The position numbers and the translations under genes were made by a program. This document shows positions 49,701 through 60,611 of a stretch of DNA of 64,000 bases, piece after piece. The notes under the pieces were generated by a model. That model saw only the letters and a list, made by a program, of their open reading frames with translations. It was not told the origin of the DNA and ran no database searches. This stretch comes from Candidatus Dormiibacterota bacterium (GTDB lineage: Bacteria; Chloroflexota; Limnocylindria; Limnocylindrales; CSP1-4): positions 721 through 64,720 of the forward strand of contig DASQIK010000088.1 in assembly GCA_035631615.1 (NCBI GenBank). The letters are read 5' to 3'. The first letter of the stretch is position 1, and each line of letters opens with the position of its first letter.

Positions 49701-51110
49701 CTAGAGGACCCGGCCGGGATTGAGGATCCCGAGCGGATCGAGGGCCGCCTTGATCGAGCGCATCGCCGCGACGGCGCCCTCGCCGCGCTGGATCGGCAGC
49801 CAAGCGCGCCGCGCGGACCCGATGCCGTGCTCCGCCGTGACCGTGCCGCCTAGGTCCAGGGCAAGCCGGAAGATCGCGTCGCGCACCACCTCGGTGAGCC
49901 GCTCGGCGTCCGGATCCCCGCGTTCGAAGATGAAGTTCGGGTGCAGGTTCCCGTCGCCGGCGTGCCCGAACGTCGCGCACCGGACCCCGTGCGCCGTCGT
50001 GATCCGCTGGATGCCGAGGAGGAGCTCCGGGACCCGCGCACGCGGCACCCCGACGTCCTCCATCCTGACGGTGCCCTGCCGCTCGAGGGCCCGGAGCGCG
50101 AGGCGCCGCGCCTGCCGGAGCCAGTCGGCCTCCGTGGCGTCAGCGGCGCGCACGACCGAGGTGGCGCCGGAGGCGAGCACCGCCGCCTCGGCGGCATCGA
50201 GCTCGGCGCCCGCAGCGAGCCCCGGCGCGTCGGACTCCACGAGGAGCATCGCCGCCGCATCGCGATCCAGCCCCAGGTGGTGGGCGTCGTCGACCGCGAG
50301 GATCGTCTCGTGGTCGAGGAGCTCAAGGGTGACCGGCACCAGGCCGGATCGGGTCATGGCCGCAACGGCCTCCCCCGCTGCACCGAGGGTGGCGAAGAAC
50401 GCCAGCAGCGTCGCCCGCGGCCCCGGGAGCGGTCGCAGCCGGAGGGTCGCCTCGGTGATGATCCCGAGCGTTCCCTGCGACCCCACGAAGAGGTGCGTCA
50501 GCGAATACCCGGCGGTGTCCTTGACCGTCCGGCCGCCGGTCCGGATGACCGTCCCGTCCGCGAGCACGACCTCGAGCCCGAGCACCCAGTCGCGGGTCTG
50601 GCCGTACTTGACGCAGCACAGGCCGCCGGCATTCGTGCCGAGGTTGCCGCCGATCGAGCACGTCTCGTAGCTCGCCGGATCGGGCGGGTAGAACAGGCCC
50701 CGCTCGGCGACGGCGGCCTTGAGCGCGGCGTTGATCACGCCCGGCTGGGTGACGACGCACAGGTTGCTGTTGTCGATCTCCAGGATCCGGTTCATGCGCG
50801 TCAGCGCGATCGTCAGCGCCCCCTCGATCCCCGCGGCGCCACCCGACAGCCCCGTCCCGGCGCCACGAGGCACGACGGCCACGTGATGCACGCTCGCCAG
50901 CCGCAGGAGGCCCGCCACGTCGTCGGTCGAGGCAGGCAGGGCGACGGCGCCCGGCAGCCCGGCGGCCAGGTACGCCGTCTCGTCGAGCCGGTACGCCTCC
51001 CGATCGACGACGTCCGTCAGGAGCCGGACGCCGGGCAGCTCGCGCGCCACGTCGGCGAGCAGGGCGGCAATCGGCGATACGGTCATATCCCGAATCGTAC
51101 CGGTGGACAC
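49701..51110 (-). CDS. FAD-linked oxidase (GlcD / D-lactate dehydrogenase family)
   Basis: 469 aa. Motifs: VVPRGAGTGLSGGA, CSIGGNLGTNAGG, GSQGTLGIITEATLRL, and a C-terminal FAD-oxidase_C pattern (EHGIG....W). Confidence 0.88.
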   Translation of the reverse strand: MSTGTIRDMTVSPIAALLADVARELPGVRLLTDVVDREAYRLDETAYLAAGLPGAVALPASTDDVAGLLRLASVHHVAVVPRGAGTGLSGGAAGIEGALTIALTRMNRILEIDNSNLCVVTQPGVINAALKAAVAERGLFYPPDPASYETCSIGGNLGTNAGGLCCVKYGQTRDWVLGLEVVLADGTVIRTGGRTVKDTAGYSLTHLFVGSQGTLGIITEATLRLRPLPGPRATLLAFFATLGAAGEAVAAMTRSGLVPVTLELLDHETILAVDDAHHLGLDRDAAAMLLVESDAPGLAAGAELDAAEAAVLASGATSVVRAADATEADWLRQARRLALRALERQGTVRMEDVGVPRARVPELLLGIQRITTAHGVRCATFGHAGDGNLHPNFIFERGDPDAERLTEVVRDAIFRLALDLGGTVTAEHGIGSARRAWLPIQRGEGAVAAMRSIKAALDPLGILNPGRVL

Positions 51111-51130
51111 GGAGGCTTACGATCCGCGCC

Positions 51131-52624
51131 TTGACTGCGCGCGCGGGTCGGCCGAGGACCGTCTTCGCCGCGGTCGTGACGATGGCCGTCGCGATCGCCG
51201 CTGTCGGCTGCCAGTCGACGCTCGCGCCGGGACCGACCCAGCAGGTTGCCGCCCTCACCACGGCGCCCCGGCCCGATGCGACGCCCACGCCGCAGCCGAG
51301 CGTTGCCGAGCTCCCGAGCCCGTCCGTCGCGCCCGGGTCGACCGATCAGCCTGCCGATCCCGGTGCGAGCCAGATCGTGCCTGGCGCCGTCAATCGGTCG
51401 AGCCTGAACCTCAGCGCGAGCTACCACGTCAACGCCGCGATCACCGTGGGCTCGGGCACGCTCGACGTGACGACCACGATCAAGGTTCGCAACGACTCGG
51501 CCGATCCGATCGACCGGCTCGAGCTCAACACGATTGCCGCGCGCCTCGGCGGGATCAGGATCCTCGGCGCCACCGTCGACGGCACGCCCGTCAAGGTCAG
51601 CGTCTCGGACCAGACGCTCGAGGTGCCGCTCGGCGGCACGCTGCCCGTCGGCGCGTCGACCAGCGTCATCGTCGAATACCAGGGTCAGCTGAGGCGGGAC
51701 ATGGTCGGCTCGGACTGGATGTTCACGCGCTCTGGCGGCACCCTCGCGCTGTACCGCTGGATCCCGTGGGTCAGCCGGGCCGTGCCGTTCGACCGCCCGA
51801 ACCAGGGCGATCCGTTCGTGCTGCCCACGGCGGATCGGGTCGACGTCGAGCTGCTCACCGACGTGCCGATGGTTCTCGCCGCGCCGACGACCGAGGTCAC
51901 CGAGCTCGCCGCGGGCGCGGGTGGCTACTGGACGTTCTCGATGGAGCACGTGCGTGACGTGTCGATCCTCCTCGCGCCCGACTTCCAGGTCATCAAGGGC
52001 AAGGCGAACGGCATCCCGATTCGCGTCTACACCCGCTCGGGGACGATCGCCGGCCAGCGCCTCCTCGCCCTCGCGACCAGGGCGATCGTCGACGAGGGCG
52101 ACCGGGTCGGCGTCGCCTATCCATGGCCGGCGCTGTCGGTGGTCGAGACGACGGGCGGCACCGGCCTCGAATCACCCGGCCTCGTCTGGATCCCGCGGAA
52201 CCTCAGCTCGCTCAATCGGACGTACATGGTGAGCCACGAGATCGCCCACCAGTGGTTCTACGCGCTCGTCGGCAATGACGAGCAGGCCGACCCGTTTGCC
52301 GACGAGGCCGCTGCCGACCTCCTCGCGCGGACGGTCCTCGGGACGCTCCGCTCGAGCCGGTGCGCCCAGACGGCGCTCGACAAGAGCATCCGGGCCTACT
52401 CGAGCGGCTGCTACTACGAGGTCATCTACGTGCAGGGCGGTCTCGTGCTCGATCAGATCCGCAGGGCAATGGGCACCGCGACGTTCTGGGCCGCGATGGC
52501 GACCTACCTCAACGACAATCGGTACGCGATCGCCTCGACCAGGATCCTGCTCGACACGCTCCAGAAGGCCACCACGGTCGACCTGTCGCCGATCCTGAAG
52601 AGCCGCTTCCCGTCGCTGCACTGA
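51131..52624 (+). CDS. M1-family (gluzincin) metallopeptidase, probable lipoprotein
   Basis: 497 aa with a TTG start. Lipobox-like signal AVAIAAVGCQS; zinc site VSHEIAHQWFYALVGND with a downstream E (FADEAAAD). Confidence 0.75.
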   Translation: MTARAGRPRTVFAAVVTMAVAIAAVGCQSTLAPGPTQQVAALTTAPRPDATPTPQPSVAELPSPSVAPGSTDQPADPGASQIVPGAVNRSSLNLSASYHVNAAITVGSGTLDVTTTIKVRNDSADPIDRLELNTIAARLGGIRILGATVDGTPVKVSVSDQTLEVPLGGTLPVGASTSVIVEYQGQLRRDMVGSDWMFTRSGGTLALYRWIPWVSRAVPFDRPNQGDPFVLPTADRVDVELLTDVPMVLAAPTTEVTELAAGAGGYWTFSMEHVRDVSILLAPDFQVIKGKANGIPIRVYTRSGTIAGQRLLALATRAIVDEGDRVGVAYPWPALSVVETTGGTGLESPGLVWIPRNLSSLNRTYMVSHEIAHQWFYALVGNDEQADPFADEAAADLLARTVLGTLRSSRCAQTALDKSIRAYSSGCYYEVIYVQGGLVLDQIRRAMGTATFWAAMATYLNDNRYAIASTRILLDTLQKATTVDLSPILKSRFPSLH

Positions 52625-52663
52625 CGACTCGAATGCGCCCGCAACGTGAGCGCGGGTCGACGG

Positions 52664-53599
52664 TCAGGCCTGCAGCAGCCGGCCTCCGGCGCCGACCCGG
52701 CGATCGGCGCGAAGCGCCTGGGGCATGTGCCGGAAGGACGGCGGCAGCGCCGGCCGCCACGCCTGCCACGCGGCGACGAGCCAGGTCGCGACCGCGCGCT
52801 GGCGGAGCCCCCACGGCAGGCCGTAGCCCTCGCGAACTGCCGGCGGCAGGAGCCCGATCGACGGCCAGAACAGCCATGCGTACGCGCGGCTCGGGATCGC
52901 GTCGAGCAGCGGCGCGAGGTGCGCCACCGGCCCGCCGGCGGCGGCGACCGCCGGCCCGAGCGGCGGGTGGAGGATGCTGCCGGCGAGATCGCGCGCCACG
53001 TCCCCGACCTCGATCTCGCCGCCCGGAGCGAGCATCCCGGCGAGGTACGCCTCGAACGCGTCGAGGTCCGGCGGCAGCAGCGACGCGGGGATACCGAAGG
53101 CGCGTCCCACGGGCAGCGTCTCCTCGTAGTAGCGCGCCCGGCGCTCCCACGTGAGCGGCTCGAGCCAGGCGTCGTAGGCGGCGATCGTCGAGTCGACCAG
53201 GGTCGCGTGGACCCACAGCGCGAGGGCCGGGTCGAGCGCGCTGTAGCGCCGGCCGTGGCGCTCTCGCGCACTGGGATCGAGGACGTCGCCGCGGATCCCT
53301 CGGTGCAGCTCGTTCAGCCGGCGGATCTCGACGCGGGCGTCGTCCGCCGTCCCATACACGATGCGCAGGTACGATCGGAGCGTGCCGGACAGGCGGACCC
53401 ACGGGTCCGAACGAAAGTCGGAATGCTCGGCTACGCCGGCGGCCACGAGCGGGTGTGCGATCTGGAGCAGGAGCGCCCGGGGGCCGGCGCCGAGGAGGAG
53501 CATCGCCTCCCGATTGAGCTGCCAGGCCTCGCTTGCGGGACCGTAGAACCCACCGTCGACGACGGTCGCGTTGCCGGGGTCGGCGCCGGTGTCGGTCAG
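52664..53599 (-). CDS. MpaB/DUF2236-family oxygenase-like protein (start codon unresolved)
   Basis: The track ORF starts at ATG 53503 (MLLLGAGPRALLLQIAHP), but the in-frame upstream sequence encodes the family-typical DGGFYGPASEAWQLNREA. The only start-like codon there is CTG 53599..53597. The conservative alternative is 52664..53503. Confidence 0.7.
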   Translation of the reverse strand: MTDTGADPGNATVVDGGFYGPASEAWQLNREAMLLLGAGPRALLLQIAHPLVAAGVAEHSDFRSDPWVRLSGTLRSYLRIVYGTADDARVEIRRLNELHRGIRGDVLDPSARERHGRRYSALDPALALWVHATLVDSTIAAYDAWLEPLTWERRARYYEETLPVGRAFGIPASLLPPDLDAFEAYLAGMLAPGGEIEVGDVARDLAGSILHPPLGPAVAAAGGPVAHLAPLLDAIPSRAYAWLFWPSIGLLPPAVREGYGLPWGLRQRAVATWLVAAWQAWRPALPPSFRHMPQALRADRRVGAGGRLLQA

Positions 53600-53609
53600 C
53601 GCAAGGGCC

Positions 53610-54257
53610 TCAGCGGTCGCCCGGCCGGCGTCCGACGAACCACCAGGCGGCCGGGAAGACCGCGGCGGCCAGGAGCAGCTTCACGGCATCCCACAGGAGG
53701 AAGGTGCGCATGCCCTTGTCGAATGCCATCGCGAGGTCTCCACCGAACGCGGCGACGGCCAGCCATGGCACGCCGACGGCGTAGATCACGAGGCTCCCGA
53801 GGAACATCGCCCCGACCGCGCCGAGGATGGACCGGTCCCAGCCGAGCTCGGCCAGCCGCCCGACGAGCGCCGAGGCGACGACGAACCCGACGAGATATCC
53901 GCCGGTGACACCGAGGATGATGTCGACGCCGTGCCGGTTCTCCGCGAACACGGGCAGGCCGACCGCGCCGAGCGCGAGGTAGAGCACGGACGAGGCCAGG
54001 CCGCGCCGGAAGCCCAGGGCGCCGGCCGAGAGCAGGACGCCGAACGTCTGGCCGGTGAATGGGACGGGGTTGCCCGGAACGAGGAACGAGATCCGCGCGC
54101 ACAGGACGATGAGCGCCGTACCGATGAGGATCAGGGCGACGTGCCGAGCTCGGGTGTGCAGGCGCTCGGACAGCCGGATCGGGACGAGGAAGTCGCCGAT
54201 CGTCAGGCCACGCTCCTGGGCAGGCAGGCGATCGAGCCGCGGCATCGTGATCGTCAT
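53610..54257 (-). CDS. bioY: Biotin transporter BioY (ECF S-component-like)
   Basis: 215 aa. Motifs: PVPFTGQTFGVLLSGALLG-like (here PVPFTGQTFGVLLSAGALG), GGYLVGF, with about 6 TM helices. Confidence 0.88.
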   Translation of the reverse strand: MTITMPRLDRLPAQERGLTIGDFLVPIRLSERLHTRARHVALILIGTALIVLCARISFLVPGNPVPFTGQTFGVLLSAGALGFRRGLASSVLYLALGAVGLPVFAENRHGVDIILGVTGGYLVGFVVASALVGRLAELGWDRSILGAVGAMFLGSLVIYAVGVPWLAVAAFGGDLAMAFDKGMRTFLLWDAVKLLLAAAVFPAAWWFVGRRPGDR

Positions 54258-54312
54258 TCGCGGCTCCCTCCAGCGCGGCCCACCCGACGCGCCGCGAGTC
54301 TACCAGCCGAGG

Positions 54313-56814
54313 TCAGTCGAAGTGGAGGGCCTCGACGATCGAGACTCGAGCGGCCATGCGAGCGGGATAGATCGCGGCGAGCGCAGGCAGCACGAGGCCG
54401 AGGACCGCGGCGATCCCGATCGACGGCCAGGGCAGGCCGCCGGGATGTCCGAACCCGCCGCCGAGCTGGAGCAGCAGCGCGCCTGCCGCGAGCCCCGCGA
54501 TCGCACCGAGGACGACGCCGACGATCCCGAGGATCGTGGCCTCGACGACGACCATGCGCATGACCTGGCGCCGGCTCATGCCGATGGCGCGGAGGACGCC
54601 GATCTCGCGGATGCGCTCGACGACACCCATCGTCAGCGTGTTGATGATGCCCAGCGCCGCGACGAGGACCGCGACGATGACGAGGGCGTCGAAGACGCCG
54701 AACACGCGAGCCAGCGCCTCGGCGACCGCGCCCTGGATCTTCTCGATCGGGTTGGCCTCGAGCGCGTAGGTCCTGGCAGTCGCGGCAAGCAGCGGCCGGC
54801 TCGCGTCGATGGTCCCGGGCGTGAACCGGACGGCGAAGGCATCTGCCCCGAGCACGCCGAGCGAGCCGGTGGCGTCCTTCCAGCCGACGAGGATCGCCTC
54901 GCCGCTCGTGCCGGGCATGGAGCGCTCGACCACGGCCGCGACGGTCAGGCCGAGCTGGTGCTGCGAATCGATCGGGACGGTCATCGCGTCGCCGACGTGC
55001 AGCCCGAGCTGCTGGGCGAGGCCCTCCGGCAGGATGGCGGCGCCGCCGGCATCGAGTGCCTTGAGCGCGGCGACCCGGTCGCCCTCGACGACCGTCAAGC
55101 GGCCGTCGGCGAGGAAGTCGGCGCCGACGATCGCGGCGGCGTCGATGCGCTGGCCCTTGTACGCCATGTCGAACGAGGCGATCGGCGTGACCCGGGCGAC
55201 ACCCGGGACAGCGGCCAGCGCCTCCCGGATGCCCTCGTCCGCGCCGACCGGGCGGATCGAGCTGACGATGTCCTCGCCGGGCACCACGTCCTGCAGCCAG
55301 GCGAACGCGGACGCGCGGGCGGCCTGGGCAGACCAGCCGAGCGCAACGATCATCGCGAGGCCGATCACCAGCGAGCCGAGGGTCAGCGTTGTCCGGCTGC
55401 GATCGCGGGCGAGCGAGCCGCGCGCGAGGCGCTCCTCGATGCGCAGCACCAGCGCGATCGGGAACCCGAGCAGGCGCGCGAGCGGTCGGAGGATGAACGG
55501 CGACGCGAGCGTCGCGACGAGGAGCACGCCGTAGACGGCGAGCGCCCGCTCGGTCCCGGCGGCCGAGATGATCGGGGGCCACGCGAGCATCGCGAGTGCC
55601 GCGACGAGCAGGAAGATGGCCGCGATCCAGGACAGCCGGCCGCGGCGCAGGCTCGGCAGGTCGAACCGGTTCCGGAGTGCCTCGACGGGCGAGATCCGCG
55701 CCGCGGACAACGCCGGCTCGATGGCGGCGAGGATCGTGATCCCGATGCCGACGCACGCGGCGGTGAGGACGCCGGTGACATCGAGCACCGGCACTTCGGC
55801 GGTCACGCCGGTGGCCTCGCTCACGGCGCGGGCCATGAACACGGCGACCGCGGCGCCGAGCAGGCACCCGAGCCCGGCCCCGATGACGCCGAGGAGCAGC
55901 GCGCCGCTGAACACGAACCGGCTGAGCTGGCCACGCGTGGCCCCGGCGGCGCGCAGCAGGCCGACCTCGCGGGCGCGCTCGCCGACGGTCATCGACAGGG
56001 TGTTGACGATCAGGAATGCGCCGACGAACAGGACGATCGCTGCGACGAGCGCGGCGGTGCCCTGGAACGAGGCGGACGACGCGCGCAGCGTGCGGGCAAG
56101 GTCAGCCGGCGAGGCCAGCACGTACGGCTCGACCATGCTCGCCTGGAGCTGGTCGGCGACGGACTGCGTGGCGCCCGAGGTGACGACGAGGTCGACCCTG
56201 GTCGCGCCGGCGATGCCGAACGTCGACCGAGCGACCTCGATCGGGATGACGATCGTGCGGCCGTTGCCCGCCAGTGGACCGAGGCCGGGCATGATCCCGA
56301 CGATCCGCAGGTCGACCGGGCCGCCCGTCCCGAGCAGGGTCACGGTGCCGCCGAGCGTGTAGCCGCTCGTGGTCGCGAGCTCCTCGGTCACGAGCGCGAT
56401 CGGCTGTGAGCGGCTGTCGAGCGGGCTGCCCGAGACCACGGGCAGGTCGTGGATCCGCGTGTACGAGGCAGGATCGATGCCGAGGACGGTGACCGCGTTC
56501 CCGGCGCTGCCGCTCGGCGTGCCCGACGGGAACGTCCGGTGCTCGATGCTCGCCGACGAATCGAGAACGCCGCTGGCCGTGCTGATCGTCTGGACCGACT
56601 GCGCGGACAGGCCTGACTCGAGGAAGCCCGACACGCGCAGGTCGGCCTTGCCGACGAGGTCATGAACCGTCCTGCCGACCGCCTGGTCGAGCGCCGCGCC
56701 GAGCGTCAGCGACGCCGACAGCACGGCGACGCCCATCGCGATGCCGAGGATCGTCAGCAGCGAGCGGAGCGGCCGCGCGGCGACGGTGCGCCACGCCAGC
56801 CGGTCGAGGCCCAT
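54313..56814 (-). CDS. ABC transporter permease with two FtsX/MacB-type domains
   Basis: 833 aa. Two repeats, each a 4-TM FtsX-like module with a large extracytoplasmic loop (e.g. ERIREIGVLRAIGMSRRQV and ERAREVGLLRAAGATRGQL). Confidence 0.88.
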   Translation of the reverse strand: MGLDRLAWRTVAARPLRSLLTILGIAMGVAVLSASLTLGAALDQAVGRTVHDLVGKADLRVSGFLESGLSAQSVQTISTASGVLDSSASIEHRTFPSGTPSGSAGNAVTVLGIDPASYTRIHDLPVVSGSPLDSRSQPIALVTEELATTSGYTLGGTVTLLGTGGPVDLRIVGIMPGLGPLAGNGRTIVIPIEVARSTFGIAGATRVDLVVTSGATQSVADQLQASMVEPYVLASPADLARTLRASSASFQGTAALVAAIVLFVGAFLIVNTLSMTVGERAREVGLLRAAGATRGQLSRFVFSGALLLGVIGAGLGCLLGAAVAVFMARAVSEATGVTAEVPVLDVTGVLTAACVGIGITILAAIEPALSAARISPVEALRNRFDLPSLRRGRLSWIAAIFLLVAALAMLAWPPIISAAGTERALAVYGVLLVATLASPFILRPLARLLGFPIALVLRIEERLARGSLARDRSRTTLTLGSLVIGLAMIVALGWSAQAARASAFAWLQDVVPGEDIVSSIRPVGADEGIREALAAVPGVARVTPIASFDMAYKGQRIDAAAIVGADFLADGRLTVVEGDRVAALKALDAGGAAILPEGLAQQLGLHVGDAMTVPIDSQHQLGLTVAAVVERSMPGTSGEAILVGWKDATGSLGVLGADAFAVRFTPGTIDASRPLLAATARTYALEANPIEKIQGAVAEALARVFGVFDALVIVAVLVAALGIINTLTMGVVERIREIGVLRAIGMSRRQVMRMVVVEATILGIVGVVLGAIAGLAAGALLLQLGGGFGHPGGLPWPSIGIAAVLGLVLPALAAIYPARMAARVSIVEALHFD

Positions 56815-56817
56815 CCG

Positions 56818-57692
<875 letters not shown>

Positions 57693-57696
<4 letters not shown>

Positions 57697-58688
57697 TTGC
57701 CCAGGTAGGTGGACACGACGCCACCAACGATCGTGTCGAGGAGGCCCATCCGGGACGGCGGTTCGATCACCTGGAGACTCCCTCCATCGCTGTCGGTCAC
57801 CGTCCCGCCGGTATCGGGCGGCTCGGTCGCCGGGACGTCCGACGCATCGGGCGGCGAAGGTGCCGCAGGGGTGGCCGCCGGGTCGAAGGCGCCCGTCGGA
57901 TGGATGCCGTCATCGAACCCTTCGAGGACGAGGCCATCGAGCCAGATCGGGTAGGCGGTGCCGCCGACGAGATCCGGCGCGGTCGGGAGCGATGGCTCCA
58001 GTGTGACCTCGGGGGTGACCTCCGGAGTCATCTGGAGCGTCGGGTTTGCGGCCGGGTCCGTGGTCGGCCGGGGCGTCGCCTTCGGGGTCGGGGTCGGCTT
58101 TGGGGTCGGCTTCGGCGTCGGCGTCGGGCCGCCCGAGCACGAGTGCGTGAAGACGGCCGTCCAATCGTGCGTCGGGTAGGTGGACCCGGTGCCCTTGAAC
58201 GCCCCGACGCCGATGTGGTTGAACCCGCTGCCCAGGATCAGGGCCCGGTGGCCCGAGGAGCTCATCCAGCCGTTGAACATGGTCTGGGTGGCGACGTCGT
58301 CCGGGTAGTTGTTCTCGCCGATGTTCTCGCCGGCGAGCGTGTAGCAGATGCCCCGGCGCTTGAGCTCGTCGAAGACGGTGCCGCCGGGCGGGCTGGGAAT
58401 CGTGTGGCTGAAGTAGTTCCGATCCCACATGTCCTTCGACCGCCAGCGGGCGACGCTCGTGAGCGCGGAGTCGGTGACCAGCGCCGGCAGCCCGGCCGAG
58501 GCGCGGGCCTGGTTGATCAGGGTGACCATCTCGGATTCGTCGGCGGACGAGAACGAGTAGTCGGTCCAGGCGAGGGTCACGCTCGGGAGGCTCGCGGCCA
58601 CCACGAGGGCGGCGGCCACGGCCACGCCGAGCGGCATTCGCCGGCCTGGGCGGCGGAAGCGCCGCGATGGAGGTGCGAAGTGGTTCAT
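57693..58688 (-). CDS. Secreted CAP (SCP/PR-1-like) domain protein with a Pro/Thr/Lys linker and an acidic C-terminal region
   Basis: Track ORF 57693..60011 trimmed to ATG 58688. N-terminus MNHFAPPSRRFRRPGRRMPLGVAVAAALVVAASLPSVTLA (RR-containing signal). CAP core: LINQARA..GL..L..D..L...A..RS.DM....YFSH....G......GENI... Confidence 0.8.
58053..58127 (-). repeat. Low-complexity coding repeat (PTPTPKPTPKPTPTPKATPRPTTDP linker)
   Basis: The plus strand shows reiterated ggggtcgg/cttcggcgtcgg units. It lies in frame inside the CAP-domain gene. Confidence 0.6.
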
Positions 58689-58859
58689 CGGGCTCCTGCT
58701 CGGGCAATGAGCGGCCTGGCCGGGCTCCACTGCCCCAGCGATGCGACTTTGGTCCGGGGGACCCTTGGCTGCTTCGGCCCCAAGGTCCTGACGGTCTCCG
58801 ACCAGGGGTACCAACGCCCCATCGCGACCGCACCACAGCGCACCGGATACGATCCCGAG

Positions 58860-60077
58860 ATGCGGGTCGTGGTCGTCGGAGCCGGGGTGATGGGGGCCTG
58901 GACGGCGCTCTGGCTCCGCCGCGCGGGCCACGACGTGACGCTCGTGGACCGCCACGGTCCTGGGAATCGCCTCGGCTCCTCGGGCGACGTGTCGCGCATC
59001 ACGCGGAGCAGCCACGGCCCCGACCGGTTCTACCCGGTCTGGCAGCGCCGGGCGCTCGCCCAGTGGCGCGAGCTGGAGCGGTCGGCGAACGAGACGCTGT
59101 TCGTCCAGGCCGGCGTGGTCTGGCTCGTGACCCCCGGCGAATCGTTCGAGGCGGAGTCGCTGGTCTCGCTGACGGCGCTCGACATCCCGGTCGACCGTTG
59201 GTCGCACGACCAGTTCGCGGCGCGCGTCCCGGTCATGTCGGCCGAGGGCGTTCCATGGGCGCTCCACGAGCCCGAGGCGGGCGCGCTCTTCGCGCGGCCG
59301 GCGGTGAGCGCCACGATCCGGCAGTTCGAGGCGGCCGGCGGGGCTGTGGTCGTCGGCCGGGTCGTGCCCCCGCTGGAGGCCCGGGTTGCCGGCGCCGGCC
59401 CGGAGGGCCTCGACGGTCTCGACGAGGTCACCCTCGACGATGGCCGGCGCCTCGCCGCCGATGCGTTCGTGTTCGCCTGCGGGCCCTGGCTCCCGGACCT
59501 GTTCCCGACCCTGCTCGGCGACCTGATCGTGCCGCACCGGCAGGACGTGCTGCAGTTCGCCGTCCCATCGGGCGACGGTCGCTATGGCGCGGACGCGATG
59601 CCGCTCTGGATCGACTTCGGCGGCTCGTTCTACGGCTTCCCGTCGTTCGACGGAATCGGGCTCAAGGCCTGCCCGGACTGGCTCGGCCCGATCGAGCGGC
59701 CGGACGAGTCGGCGCGCGAGGTTGCCGGCGCCTCCGTGGAGGCGGCGCGGAAGGTGCTCCGGAAGCGTTTTCCGGCGCTTGCGGCGCAGCCGGTCGTGAG
59801 ATCGTCGACGTGCTTCTACGAGGTCACGCCCGACGCCCACTTCGTCATCGACCGGCACCCCGGCTTCGCCAACGCGTGGATCGCCGGCGGCGGGACGGGC
59901 CACGCGTTCAAGCACGGCCCGGTCATCGGCGAGTACCTCGCGGCGCTCGTGACCGGGGACACGGCGAAGGCTGCCGACCTGGGACCCAGGGACGGCCGCT
60001 TCGCGCTCCATGCCCGGGACGCCAAGCCCGGCTTCCGAACCAGCGGGCGGAACCCGCTCGCCGACCCGGTGGGCTGA
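58860..60077 (+). CDS. FAD-dependent oxidoreductase (DAO family; sarcosine/glycine oxidase-like)
   Basis: Track ORF 57900..60077 trimmed to ATG 58860: MRVVVVGAGVMGAWTALWLRRAGHDVTLVDR (Rossmann GxGxxG). C-terminal GGGTGHAFKHGP. Confidence 0.8.
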   Translation: MRVVVVGAGVMGAWTALWLRRAGHDVTLVDRHGPGNRLGSSGDVSRITRSSHGPDRFYPVWQRRALAQWRELERSANETLFVQAGVVWLVTPGESFEAESLVSLTALDIPVDRWSHDQFAARVPVMSAEGVPWALHEPEAGALFARPAVSATIRQFEAAGGAVVVGRVVPPLEARVAGAGPEGLDGLDEVTLDDGRRLAADAFVFACGPWLPDLFPTLLGDLIVPHRQDVLQFAVPSGDGRYGADAMPLWIDFGGSFYGFPSFDGIGLKACPDWLGPIERPDESAREVAGASVEAARKVLRKRFPALAAQPVVRSSTCFYEVTPDAHFVIDRHPGFANAWIAGGGTGHAFKHGPVIGEYLAALVTGDTAKAADLGPRDGRFALHARDAKPGFRTSGRNPLADPVG

Positions 60078-60128
60078 CCGGGTACACTGCGCGGGCCCTC
60101 GTCCCGAACCGGACGACCGGGCCGCCGC

Positions 60129-60205
60129 GGTGGCCTTAGCTCAACCGGCAGAGCAGCGGATTGTGGTTCCGCAGGTTATGGGTTCGACCCCCATAGGCCA
60201 CCCCA
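60129..60205 (+). tRNA. tRNA-His (anticodon GTG) with genomically encoded G-1 and CCA
   Basis: Manual cloverleaf: G-1; acceptor GTGGCCT/AGGCCAC; D arm GCTC-AACCGGCA-GAGC; anticodon arm GCGGA-TTGTGGT-TCCGC; variable loop AGGTT; T arm ATGGG-TTCGACC-CCCAT; discriminator C; CCA. It closely parallels E. coli tRNA-His. Confidence 0.93.
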
Positions 60206-60332
60206 ACCTCCGTGGTGCGCGCTCTCGGCCTGCGTACCATGCCGTCGCGGGCGGCGGTCGGTCGCCGTGGCCGTTGCCGATCACCGTTCGGCGTGCCGTG
60301 ACAGGAACAGCAGAACGCGGGACGATACGGTC

Positions 60333-60530
60333 ATGACCGAAAAACGGCACATCGATCAGAACGAGGACCCCGTGTGCGGGATGGTCGTCGAGCCCGAGGT
60401 CGCTCGGGCCAGGGGCCTGACGCTCACCCACGAGGGCCGCGAGTACCTGTTCTGCGGCAAGGGCTGCTTCCTCGAGTTCCGCGACGACCCCGAGCCGTTC
60501 CTGGACCCTCGCCACCTGCCCTCGATGTAG
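60333..60530 (+). CDS. YHS/TRASH-domain small metal-binding protein
   Basis: Track ORF 60267..60530 trimmed to ATG 60333. DPVCGMVVEPEVA......HEGREYLFCGKGCFLEFRDDPEPF is the YHS pattern. Confidence 0.75.
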   Translation: MTEKRHIDQNEDPVCGMVVEPEVARARGLTLTHEGREYLFCGKGCFLEFRDDPEPFLDPRHLPSM

Positions 60531-60611
60531 GTTCCGCAACCTGGCCTCCGCGGTGCAACACCGCGGGCCTCGCCGGCGTCCCTTGCCCCCGATGGCTACG
60601 CTGCGCGCGCA

